DNA of 63,971 bases, counting the filler, from Choristocarpus tenellus KU-1152 (Eukaryota; Protista; Phaeophyceae): assembly GCA_964200185.2 (NCBI GenBank). It is 11 parts of 11 records of this genome, joined end to end, with 100 filler letters (N's around TTAATTAATTAA, not from the genome) between each part and the next. Parts side by side here need not be neighbours in the genome. Positions count along the whole stretch, not along the records: positions 37,815 to 44,009 come from CAXNAD020008708.1; positions 44,110 to 47,164 come from CAXNAD020022640.1; positions 47,265 to 51,441 come from CAXNAD020015836.1; 8 more parts are not named here. One strand, written 5' to 3'. Both the position numbers and the translations under genes were made by a program. Below the pieces are notes generated by a model, which was not told the origin of the DNA, made no database searches, and was given only the letters and a program-made list of their open reading frames with translations. Numbering within the stretch: position 1 is the stretch's first letter; each line of letters opens with the position of its first letter. Of this stretch, positions 39,870 to 51,315 are shown piece after piece.

Positions 39870-40080
39870 CTAGACATGAACCTGCTTCTTTGTGCTCAAG
39901 ACATTTAAGAAACAATAGTCTTGTTCAACAATTATTGCCCTCAACCCCTCCCCAACACAAGATTTCCCTCTCACTATGTTGGGGACAGTAGTCTCGTCTA
40001 GAAATCTTAATGGTTTGTACCAAAAGTCAACCTCAACGAATCCTGGATTCATCTGATATCTAAGATGTGGTCTGGAGGGA
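39870..40080 (-). pseudogene. Diverged tandem copy of the last about 70 codons of the upstream protease-VWD gene
   Basis: YQMNPGFVEVDFWYKPLRFLDETTVPNI...QDY aligns with YQMNLGIVEFDFGHQPQGILGETTVPNI...EDY. The DNA tgttggggacagtagtctc is shared. Confidence 0.85.
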
Positions 40081-40104
40081 GCTTGACTTCACTGAAACTC
40101 ACAA

Positions 40105-43100
40105 CTACTGCTGAACGTGAAGCTGCTTAAACTCTGTGCCTAAGATGCCCATTACCCGATAGTCCTCTTCACCACCACGGATAGCCCCCATTCCCCCTAA
40201 GATAGGATTTCCGTCCTTGCCGATGTTGGGGACAGTAGTCTCCCCTAAGATGCCCTGGGGTTGGTGCCCAAAGTCAAATTCAACAATTCCCAGATTCATC
40301 TGATACGTTAGATGATCTGGTAGGTCAAACAATCCGGAGGGATCTGGCATTGCTATCTGGTGAAGCTTGCCATGGTTTAGGCGCATCATCACAATGTAGG
40401 GGTAACAATCTGGAAAGATGCGTGCTCAGACTGGTGGTGAAACAGAGTATCGTCCTCCACAGCATTTGTAACATATGACTGGCACTCAGAAGGATTTGTC
40501 TTGGCAAAGTCGCTGAGGATCCAGTCACTCATGTCCATCACAGACCGCAGTTGGCGGCCTGATGCTTGGCTTTGGTTAGAGAGCTCTGCCTCATGTACCT
40601 TTTTCTGCCAATATTTCTCAAATCCAAACGGTCGACATTCACCGGGAAGATTTGCTGCAGCAACTTGGACACCGTTCCCTACGTAGTAATGACCAGGAGC
40701 AGTCACTTCCATCCCGTTCAGGCGAACAATGAGGGCACCATCAGCGAGACATGGCTCCCCAGCAGGAGAGCATGAGGACTCCATGTCACTAACGTTTTTG
40801 ACCAAGATTTCGATTGTTTTGGTCTCACCCTCAAGGTCAGCCACAATGATGCCCAATCCAGTTATGTATGTGATGATTGGGAGCTCAGGTACTGGAGCAG
40901 TCACCCTCATGTTGATCGTTACAGGTCCGTCAGTAACCAAGTTGTACCAACCACCATTCTCCCCAGTGAACTGGAAGCGCTGACCCGAAAATCCGGTCAG
41001 GTGTGGATCGCCAGTCGCTCCTGTGTGGATTAGAATCATTATCAATGGGGGACCGTCAGGTGATACCTAGAGCGTATTATGTTATGTATGAACATCACGT
41101 TCAGTAAGATCTACACTACCATAGGCATAGAAGAGAAGAGAGAACAGTAGGTCGATCGACTACGCACCAAAGATAATAAAATGATCGGCTTGAATAGAAG
41201 ACGGGAGTACAAATTAAAATGGGACGGTCCGGTTGGAATGCAAACTCTCTAGGCCCGTTCCCAACAGCAGTAACCTCAAGTAATTATTTGCGGTAGATGG
41301 GAGAAAACTGTCCACGTTTAGATATTTTTATTATCTCATCCACTCTCACATAGATAAGTCTAATCTTCCGAAATGACTACATTTATCAAGTGTATAGTAT
41401 CAATAGTGTGCATGCAAGACGTCCGCCTCTGTCAAGTTACGTTTTATTTCCTCACATTTTGGGGCCTCAAAAAGGGATTATGTAGATCCCTAGTTGGTCA
41501 ATATGGTAAATTCCAAGGTGGCCTGTGAGATGCAATAGTTGTTACATGCAACTTGAAGATAGATACTCACACCAAATGCAAACAAACTTTGTTTACAAAG
41601 TGTTGAAATTTAACAAATTTAATAATATTCTCAATATTACACAACTGAAGACTCCATTTAACTTACCCTGCTCACATACACCCCCATTGCAGACACCTTC
41701 ACAGCAGTTTGCCGGGTCACATGTTTCCCCCAGTATTGGACAGGACCGAAAGTTGGCAATTGTGACCTAAAGAGTAGTTATATTTGCATCAACAATGAGA
41801 GTTGCTTCACAGGCTAACTTCATTTCAGCTTTCGTTTTTTACTGGCCTCAAAAAAATAAGCATCTCACCATTGCATCACGGATCCTGCGTGCATTGTTTG
41901 CTGTTGCTGTACCAAGTACTCTGCCTCCATAGCTGACATCAGGATTGGAGAAGTAGTCTATCACCCGTGCGTACCCACAATTTACTTGATAGGACATGAT
42001 CGTCAGGATACTTGACAATGGGGCAGAGATGGTTCAGAGGTGGATTTGTGGTTATTTTGTTCCGTGAAACACCAGATATTGTATTTTTCAATAGTCGAAC
42101 ACAAAAAAACGAAATGATCTTATCTGAGACAGCAAATTACACATTGTATTGTACGTCATCTCAGCATGGAGCTACCTTCTCAAACCTGAAATATCATGCA
42201 TCATGGTCATCGTGCTATATTTTCACCTGATGAACCAATTCCGCTCCAAATATTTAACCTCTCAACACCATGTCGACATGAAGATGTCTATGCCCACAAT
42301 GAAAACGCTACAATCCCTCGGTACTAAACTTGGTTCATTAGATGGGGAAGTCCTTAGTGATCATTTTAAGACATGCAATAAGGTGTGTGTGAAGGTGCAG
42401 AAATATTGCCAAGGCTGTTCTCTCTAATGCTAGTGCTCAATTCGTAACCTATCAACAAGGACTTCGAAGTACACGATACACTGGAAAATCTGTTCATCCC
42501 TTCTCTGACAAATGCAAAATACAGATGACTCACTCATCTGTACCGTCACAGTACCGGTACCCATATGCATAGTCTAATCCTGGATACGCATTTTCAATGT
42601 TGTGGTGACAGCCCAAATTGTGTCCAATCTCGTGTGTGTGAGTGTGGTGGTCCATACAAGCCTTGTCCGTCACTGAAAATCCGTAATCTACGCTCGAAGA
42701 ATGTAGTGGATTTAGTAAGTACCTGTGGCGAAAAATCACACAGTGGTCACGCACAGCTCTTGGTGAGGAAGATCAATATTCGAATCTATCGCTTTATTGT
42801 CATGCTCATCTTCTCCTATGCCAACATAGTGAGAAATTCCATTGAGATAGGCATTTTCAGAGACTGGTGTATGATATGGTGAATATCAGGCCATCATATG
42901 AAAGCATTACAGTCATTGATATCTTGCTCAGCCTGGACAACACAACGTATAAAACTGGATGAAAAAAAATACATCTACTCCATGAAGACACAACATGTCT
43001 CTAGTGTGTTGGTTCTTGTACCTTTGAAACCCAAGTTAATTTTTCAATAAAATGTCCTCAAGGGTCTCTCTTCACAATAAGAAATATCTGTCAGAAGACC

Positions 43101-44009
43101 TGGGCAAATACCTACGCTTTTTTTCTCACCCCAAACCACAGTAATCCGTGAAGACACCAATGAACTGCACAAGGTCAGCACTGTATGTATCACGCAAGGT
43201 GTGGGCGTCCGCCATAGCTCCAGATTGTAAATCAGACAGCGCTTGGTCCATATTTGAAGGTATTTCTGTGTAGGTTGTCTTTGTAAGCAATAGTTTTTTT
43301 CAAAACATGGGTAAAAGTTGTGGATCAAAAAAAGTTCTTGGTCGTACAAAGCATATTTCTCCCACACATTGTGTGACTGGAATTTGACATCAAACTATTT
43401 TTGTTAAACGGTGCCTTTATGAGAAACAGACAATACAATAGATGAGATCTCTTCAGCTTGCCACATTTCAGCTTGTCTACAGCGGCATTTTGCATTGTTT
43501 TCAACTTTGACGTACGTAACAAAATGCAGAGAAAAACACAGTTTCTCTGGTCACCATAGAGTCAACCGTGGGTACAAGGCAACATATCCCGCAGAGAATA
43601 AACAGCAAACCCTAACCCTGCAACAACAAAAAACACAAAATGTTGATCAATAACTGCTACCACCTTTCTCGAATGGTTTTAATAAATTTGTACTGGAAGG
43701 AATAATTCGTAACAGGTATCTTTCACTTGGGTATACATGAAGAAGATATTGAACTATTCAATGATTCAATAGTGTGGTTATATAGTTGAAATCGAGGTTG
43801 CATACACATACAGACTTTTTGTTCAGTACAAGAAGACATTTAAGTTTTATTTGCCAAGATATTTGCTTCCAAGACAGAATCAAAGGGGTATAACGGCCAT
43901 TGACTAGTTTGAAGACAAAATATTCTCAACACCTTCTCAAGATGCGATTCACTCCATCCTTAACAACTTCTGTTTTCAACATCTTACCTTGGCTATGTGC
44001 ACAATTTTG
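40105..44009 (-). CDS. Metzincin (reprolysin/M12B-like) metallopeptidase + Cys-rich motif + GDPH/VWD-like domain; 5'-truncated; frameshift at about 40392
   Basis: Exons >44009-43988, 43278-43130, 42722-42534, 42010-41869, 41766-41667 and 41020-40105 are phase-compatible. Contains LRDTYSADLV, the zinc motif HEIGHNLGCHH, the Met-turn TIMSY, YFSNP, CDPANCCEGVCNGGVC and GDPHLTGFSGQRFQF. Confidence 0.88.
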
Positions 44010-44243
44010 NNNNNNNNNNNNNNNNNNNNNNNNNNNNNNNNNNNNNNNNNNNNTTAATTAATTAANNNNNNNNNNNNNNNNNNNNNNNNNNNNNNNNNNN
44101 NNNNNNNNNGGGGGGGGGGGGGGGGGGGGGGGGGCAGGAATGTTGTTATTGTGTCAAGTGTGCTTTGAACCTTCCATACTGCAGCTAAGATCCCCTTCCC
44201 CTTCCCCTTCTCCTTTCTCTCCTTCCTCCTGTTGTTTCTCAAG

Positions 44244-46144
44244 CTCCTGAGCAGTATTACCCCTCACAAGTCGGAGCATCAGGGCATCAATCCGCTAGCC
44301 CCGCTGTTTCTGCTGACGCAGAACCCAGACAATTCAATCAACACAGTCGCGGCCGGAAAATTTGCAGCGGCCTTTGGCAACATTGTGAGTTAGGTCCCTG
44401 TCCATGGAGTTGGGATGAGGACAGGGATTGGAGGGGAGGGGAGGTTGGAGTTGGTTTTGTTGCTTTTTGGTTCCTTTGCTCAAACATCCAAATGTTTTTT
44501 TATTAATTTTTGTTTGTGAATACAGGGGATGTGCTCTGCTGTTTTTGAGGATGAAGGTGTGTTGTTGTAAGGCCTCCGCCGGTATGAATTGTGTTGGGTG
44601 CATTCTTTATTGTTCCAAGTGTTTCGGAATTATTAGGTTATCGAATTTTTTAGATCTTCGCCACAGGAATTGAGCATTTAGTAGGTCGCCATTTTGTTGT
44701 ACTAGCTGCCAATCTGTTGCTTCCTTCCACCAACTACCTGAATAGCTGCCGCAAGAAGCTAAGAAAAGGTACATCCAAGAAAAGGTACTAATCTGTTGGA
44801 GGATTTACTCGCCCGCCTCAAGGGGTGGCTACCTTGGTGTTGTCCTGTTCTTTGTCCCGATTAGTACCTTTTCTTGGATGTACCTTTTCTTGGTTGACGT
44901 AGGTTAGAATATCCCCGTTTGCTTGAGGCCTTGGTCACCTTTTTGTCCACTTCTACTTTCCACATGACATAACGCTTTGAAAAGAGTCTCTTCTACACTC
45001 TTTCGTGTGCCGTGTGCTTGCCTCCCCCCACAGCTCCTTTCACCAACCGCATTGCCCACCCCACCCCTATCATCTCCGAATGTGGGGTGGTCTCACTTAC
45101 TCAAAGTGTGTGGACTGAAGCCAAGTCAACACACTGTGTTTTCAGGGAGGATAGCACACGCCGACAGAGGGTGGTAACTAGAATGTCTAGTTTTGCACTA
45201 TTGTTATATATTGCCAGTCAGACTATCAATGCATCTGAACTAGTCAAAAGTTGGGTATTTCTAAATGTACCCAACTGGTCCTCTGTCGATGACCCCGCAT
45301 CAAAAAACAAAAACAAAAAAACTTTGCCCATTGCATCCACTAGAGCTCCCCGATTCTTTGATTCCCCCCCTGCTCCATACTCATGGCAGTGTCCTTTAGT
45401 CACTTACATCCTACCCATGGAACCGCTTGCTTGGGTTGCCCTCGCTCCCTTAAAGTGCTACACTTTGCTAACTCTACTCTACTCTCCTTACGTTTTTTTT
45501 TTTTAAGATTAACACTTGGCAAGGTCAAAGCAACCTCAAGCTCTTTCCACAGCAGCAGCAAAACCCCGCCCAGACCTTGGCTAATGCAGCTAATGCAGCT
45601 AACGCGGCAGTGTACCAGGCAGTGTACCCAGCTGCCATGGCGCAGGCGCAGGCGCAAGTGCAGGCGCAGGCACAGGTTGGTTCTGTTTGTGTGTGTGAGG
45701 TGCTGTCGCACTATTAAGGATGAGGAGGGTTTGTGCGTGTGTGTGTGTTTGTTTGTTTGTTTTTTTTTGGGGGGGGGAGAGGGGAGGAGTAGTGGGGGAA
45801 ACATACATATCAGTGAAATTTTGTTCCTCTGGGATGGTAAGTCTGTGAGGGAGGGGTGGGGGTTGGATACAGGGGTGTAAGGAGAAGTTCCTGCTCTGAA
45901 TTTTTATGGTATGTTGGCAGGCACAGCTCTGCTGTTTTTACAGTGCCCCATGTTCCCCCACTGCCAGTGTTGTAGATGTTTAGTGTAAGTTTTTATCACC
46001 GGCATAGTTTTGCTTTGACTTTGTCCTTGCTGTCCCTTGCAGGTCGCTGCCTCGGTGGCAAGCATGGGAATGGGGTCTTCTTCACTGGCTCTGGGGGCAG
46101 GGGCCGGAGGAGTGTCTTCGTCAGTTGCTTTGACTGACGGGCGG
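44244..46144 (+). CDS. Internal exons of an uncharacterised Gln/Ala-rich protein (44244-44384, 45508-45675, 46043-46144)
   Basis: Three open phase-0 exons with polypyrimidine-AG acceptors and GT donors: LLSSITPHKSEHQGINPL...FGNI / INTWQGQSNLKLFPQQQQ...AQAQ / VAASVASMG...DGR. Confidence 0.65.
44761..44891. repeat. Perfect 33-bp inverted repeat with a 65-nt spacer (intronic hairpin)
   Basis: aagaaaaggtacatccaagaaaaggtactaatc (44761-44793) is the exact reverse complement of 44859-44891. Confidence 0.95.
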
Positions 46145-47841
46145 GTGAGATTTCATTTGTATTTTGAATGGGGGTGGAGAGGAGAGGATCAATTCTTTTT
46201 TTTTTTATTGGTTTTGTGAGATAGTTAGTGTGAGGTATTGTTGACATGTGGGGGATGTGGTACCTTTATGGGTGGGTGTTTGACTGATCCCCTTTTTGAT
46301 GTCAATTTGCTGCTTCCTGCAGGGACGGTGTCCTGGAACACACCAGTGGTATTTTGGAAGTTATGTTTCTAACCACCTTTGTTGTTGTTCTGTATGCGTT
46401 TATGTGTGTTGTGTGTGTGTGTGATAGCTCTTGTCTAGATGTTTGATTGATGCACCTTCTGACTAGTTGTTGATTCAGCAGAATTTCAGTGGAGTCTGTC
46501 ATGTGAGGGTCTTTTTGTCCTTTCCATCTCATGCATACACAACATCACCCTCTTTGTATGACCCACGGACCATTGTGAGACTGATCACTTCTAGTGCACT
46601 CGATGGGCGTTGTAACGCTGTTGTCCACAGGAGTTCCATCCTTGGGATGTGTTGGCGTTACCCCTCCAGGATGGTGTAGTATGCAGTACTTTTTACGAAT
46701 GTTTCTTACCTAATGAAGCAACTCCGCACTATTCTTGTTGTTTAATTGTGTAATTTTCTTTTCCCCCACCATACAGTGTGATGCGGATATGATATCTCTT
46801 GCCGGCGGCTGATCTGACCGACTTTGCAGTTACATGGGTTGAAACCCTGTAATGTGCAGGGTGAAGGAGGGGCCGCAGAGCCAGAACCGCTTGCTTGGTA
46901 CTTGTTTTGTAGTGTTCCCGACCGGCCCAAAGTTTTGACCTCGCCTGTAGGTGTTGATGGTCCCTCTTGGCAGGTCCCATGTACATCTGTGTATTGGTAC
47001 TAATCTCTTCAAGCTTGGGAGAACAAGAAAAGTAACCGTGGTGATCCAATTCATCATCGCGATGTGGTTAAAAGGCCTCTGCATTCAAAATGCCTCCGGC
47101 GCATGCAGTAAATAGTGTTGGGGGGGGGGGGGGGGGGGGGGCCGTGCGCTCCCGTGGGGCGGAANNNNNNNNNNNNNNNNNNNNNNNNNNNNNNNNNNNN
47201 NNNNNNNNTTAATTAATTAANNNNNNNNNNNNNNNNNNNNNNNNNNNNNNNNNNNNNNNNNNNNCCCACCCCCCTCCCCCCCAAAAGGCGGTAATACCCC
47301 CCCCCCCCCGAGGCCCCCCCCCCCCCCCCCCCCCTTTTCTGTCACTTATCTATACCCCAAGATCAGTGTTAGACAGCAAGTGCGGTGACAGCAACCAGTA
47401 CAAATGATATGCCTGGACCTCCATCAAGACAACTCAAATCTACCTTACTTTACACACAAGACACAGACACATACACATAAGCACATGTACACACACACCA
47501 CACACAGTAACACTCTCAACTACTAAACCCATCTATCCATCCATCACATGAAAATGCCCTCCTCTCCTAGTTTCCTTCTCATGAAAGTTCCCTCTCCTTG
47601 TCTTCCCCCTCCTCCATTCATGCCTGTCCTCCCTCCCACAAACACACCCTTTCACATACCAAAATCAACACTTGAGCCTTCTCCTTACACTGAAATCACT
47701 CACAACTATTTTTGATAAGTCGTGTGTGTGTGTGTGTGTTAGGTGAGAACAGTTGGGAAGAGTGGCAAGCAAAGTGTCACCATGGGGAAGGAGCGGAGGG
47801 AGGGGGGGAAGGAAATATGCACTGTACTCTAGGTACATCAA

Positions 47842-50800
47842 TCAGACAATTGAGTGCTGCGAAGGCAATTGCATAACATCTCCAGTCTTGAGGCTGTGAA
47901 GAACACCGTAGGATTGCCAGACAGGTAGTACACAAGGAAGAGGGTGGCAAGTGCAAGGGGGTGGGGAGAGCAGCGAGACAAAAGATACGATGAAGAGGGG
48001 AAAAACATCTGGACACATCTGATGTGTTTAGAAAATGACAATGGTATGTGACCACTACAAACAATATTTACTCTTTGAGTGCCTTTTCAACTGCTGCCCC
48101 TTGCATGATCTCACAACTCTCTCTTGTGAAGTGCCTTTACAATACACACAGGCCGTTTCTCAATTGCCAATCCACAAGACTGCCACTAGACATGGATAAG
48201 TTCATGCCAAGCACACTGCTTCTGATACCTAGATCACTATACCAATAGAAAACAGTTAAAATATACTCCAATACAGACTGGGCTGGGCAAAATATTGCAA
48301 AACCACTACTACTGTTACTACCTCCAAAGTCTTGAGCTGCCCACCAGCCACCAACACCACAACAGATTTTTCAACCATCTTTCACTACAAATAGCTCTTC
48401 TATTTCAGCACCCTCTTTTTTCTAAACCAATTTTAAAACTGTACAATAGGACACAAAAATCAATCACTCGAGAAACACTTTGCAATCCACCACTACTGCA
48501 GGGTACTCCTTGAGTCAAATAGGTGAAAGCAATTATATGATTCAACCACAACTCCCACTTTGCTTCACCACCAAACATACCGCCTTACTCAAGACATGAC
48601 TGACATGACCTATTCACCCCCCCATCAAGCGTTACTCCCCTGCAACCTCCCCTCCATCAAACTGTGCCATGTCTCCTTGAGACGGAGAAATCAAAAGTCT
48701 ATGGAAATTTTGGTGAATCTCTCCAGCTCTGCCGAATCAAACCAGGAGGAAGATAAAAAAAAACACATCCACTATACAAGAAATCTAAGTACATTGAGAA
48801 GTAACATTTTATTATATATACATACCCAACAACACTGGAGATACTTGCTCCTATTTCAGTACTACAGGGTCTATACCAGCACAAAAGGATCTTGAATAAT
48901 GGAGGGTACACTGATCACAAACACGTTCAGCAAGTAGACTCCAAACAAACACCAAACAGAGCAAAAACCCTCATAAAAACACAAACACACACACACAAAC
49001 ACTCATACCAAAAGCAGATCATAAGTGTACTGCAGTGCCAACGGCACCTTCGCATGGACAAGAGAACCGCCCAAGGCACCACAACACAACACAGCACAAC
49101 ACAAACCTGACAAAGTAGTAATAGAAGAAATCCCCCATCACTGCAATGTGTATAAACTGTGCAAACAGCACAAACATTCCCACTGTCTTGGACCCCGATG
49201 CGTCTGTCAGCTCGTGGAAACTAAAGCACCAGAAGGTCATATCCAGGACACGAGCAAACCCCAACGCAAACACTGAGTGGGAGACCTTACAGAAGTGGAG
49301 GCATGCACAAGAGAGATGGGGGGGAAGGTAGGTGTCAATGCTGAAAAGGTAGGGAAAGTATCGGGTTGAACTCAGAACATTGCTGCAGTGATAACTAAGG
49401 ACCTCTTATTGGACAAGAGACTATTCTACACGCACACATAGCTTTTGTCTCAACCATACTGTTACTATTATATAATACTAATACTTAAAAGTATGCATGA
49501 GGTATGACTACACTAAAAAACGGGATGGGACCCCCTCTCTACCTACTCCATCAAGCCCCAGCACTCCATCAAGCCCCAGCACAGTCAGCAACACTTCGAA
49601 ATTGTCTTTACTGTCTTGAGAAAGACGGTTGTCAAACCGAGCCTTAACTATCAGTACCAAACAAAAAACACATGTACAATCCGAGGTTATCCCTGTTGGA
49701 TTCATTTGCAATGGTTTGTACAACATATACTACATTTCACACCCAGTATTTAGCTCAAGATAGCCACGCAGTCATGTTCCCAATCTGACATTCCCTTGAA
49801 ATTCACAAAAATCCCAATTTGTATATAACGCACACAAACACGCCTCTCTCTCTCCCTCTTTCAATCTCTCTCCACTCCATAGCTCTACAAAGAATATCAA
49901 CCATAGTAGTCACTGAAAGCATCTCAAAACAAAACAAATATATATATATATATATATATATCCAGATTTCTTTGTTCTTTTAAATAGGACCTTCCTCCCA
50001 TATAACCCGTATCACTATACCACAAAAGTTCAAAAAGCACAATAATATTATTATCATTATTAATAATAATAATATGAAAACACCCGTGTCCTATTTCGAC
50101 TGCTTCAGAGTGGGAAATTTCCAACATGATGCACCACCCTAACCCTAACCCTAATGACAATACCTACACCACATGCAACCCTTACCCCACATTTCAATGC
50201 CTAGGAACCTCTACTATTTGTATTATTATTGCAATTACTATCATTAATGCATGCATCAGATTTCCGCATCTCAAGCGAGTCCTGTTTCAACCCTCCCACT
50301 TCAACTCTTTCATATTACTATCGACACGGGATACTGAGGAGGGAGGGTTAGGGTAAAGGGAGGTGCAGGGTGGAAAAGATGACAAAAGAGAGTGAGGAGG
50401 ACTGAAAACACCATTCCAATGTTTGTTCTTCCACATGCGCTCACCAAACAGGACCTCTTCTACCCCCATGAGAGCTCATGTTATCCCCAAGGCATACCCA
50501 GTCCAGCACAGTTGCAAACATACAAGGAAATCTTAACTACCCCTTTTGTAGTGGTTTTCAAAATGGACTCAAGGGAGAAACGCTTCGTGTGCAGGTGGGG
50601 TGAAGTAGTCAACTGTCCCATACGTAGGATTACCTTCAACAGCACTTGCAACACCACCAAAACTGAGGAAAATCTCAAATTTGTTGACAACTTTCACAAG
50701 AATCATATCTCCTTGTCCACACAGTAGAGCATGACCTAACCATCCACATCGATATGCCAAGGCGCAGTGCTTGGCTTCAAGAAACGATCAACACCACGCA

Positions 50801-51315
50801 ACAAAGGCCTTCCTTCTTCACAATAAACCAACTGCTGAAGCCACACAACCAGGGGTGGAAATAGGACTGGCAGTACAACCCAACTGTTCAAAAGAACCTG
50901 CAGACACAATATTCAATTAGTCATCTGACATCCCACCAGCAGTCCGTTCTCATCCCGTCACATATCATATCGGTCTGTTGATCCCCTCAGCCCATCTGGC
51001 AACAACATTCAATATTCAATATTCAACATTCAACATTCCGGTAAATCGACCCCAAAAAGTGATACACCTGCAGTCCTATTTGCATCCTTGTACCCAAGAC
51101 AGTTACACACCAAACAAAACAGCGGGGGTGGGGAGGCGGGCGGGCAGGGGGGGGAGGAGGGAGGGGGAATACTGACTCACCATTACTTCCACAATGCCCT
51201 TGGCCTGCTTCTGGAACATGAACAGCTGTGGCACAATTGCTCCGCTCTCCAAGTACATTGAGCATGCCCACGCCGTGTCTGAGATGAAGTCCTTGTTTAG
51301 TGAAGGGTGTACAAA
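47842..51315 (-). CDS. ERD2: ER lumen protein-retaining receptor family (ERD2/KDEL-receptor-like), last three exons 51315-51181, 49285-49107, 47893-47842
   Basis: FVHPSLNKDFISDTAWACSMYLESGAIVPQLFMFQKQ / SHSVFALGFAR...GDFFYYYF / SLKTGDVMQLPSQHSIV-stop. Phases are consistent. Confidence 0.9.

Noticed and set aside
45383-45880. 165-aa plus and 134-aa minus ORFs
   Set aside because: Alternative frames over the Gln/Ala-rich exon 45508-45675 and flanking simple repeats.
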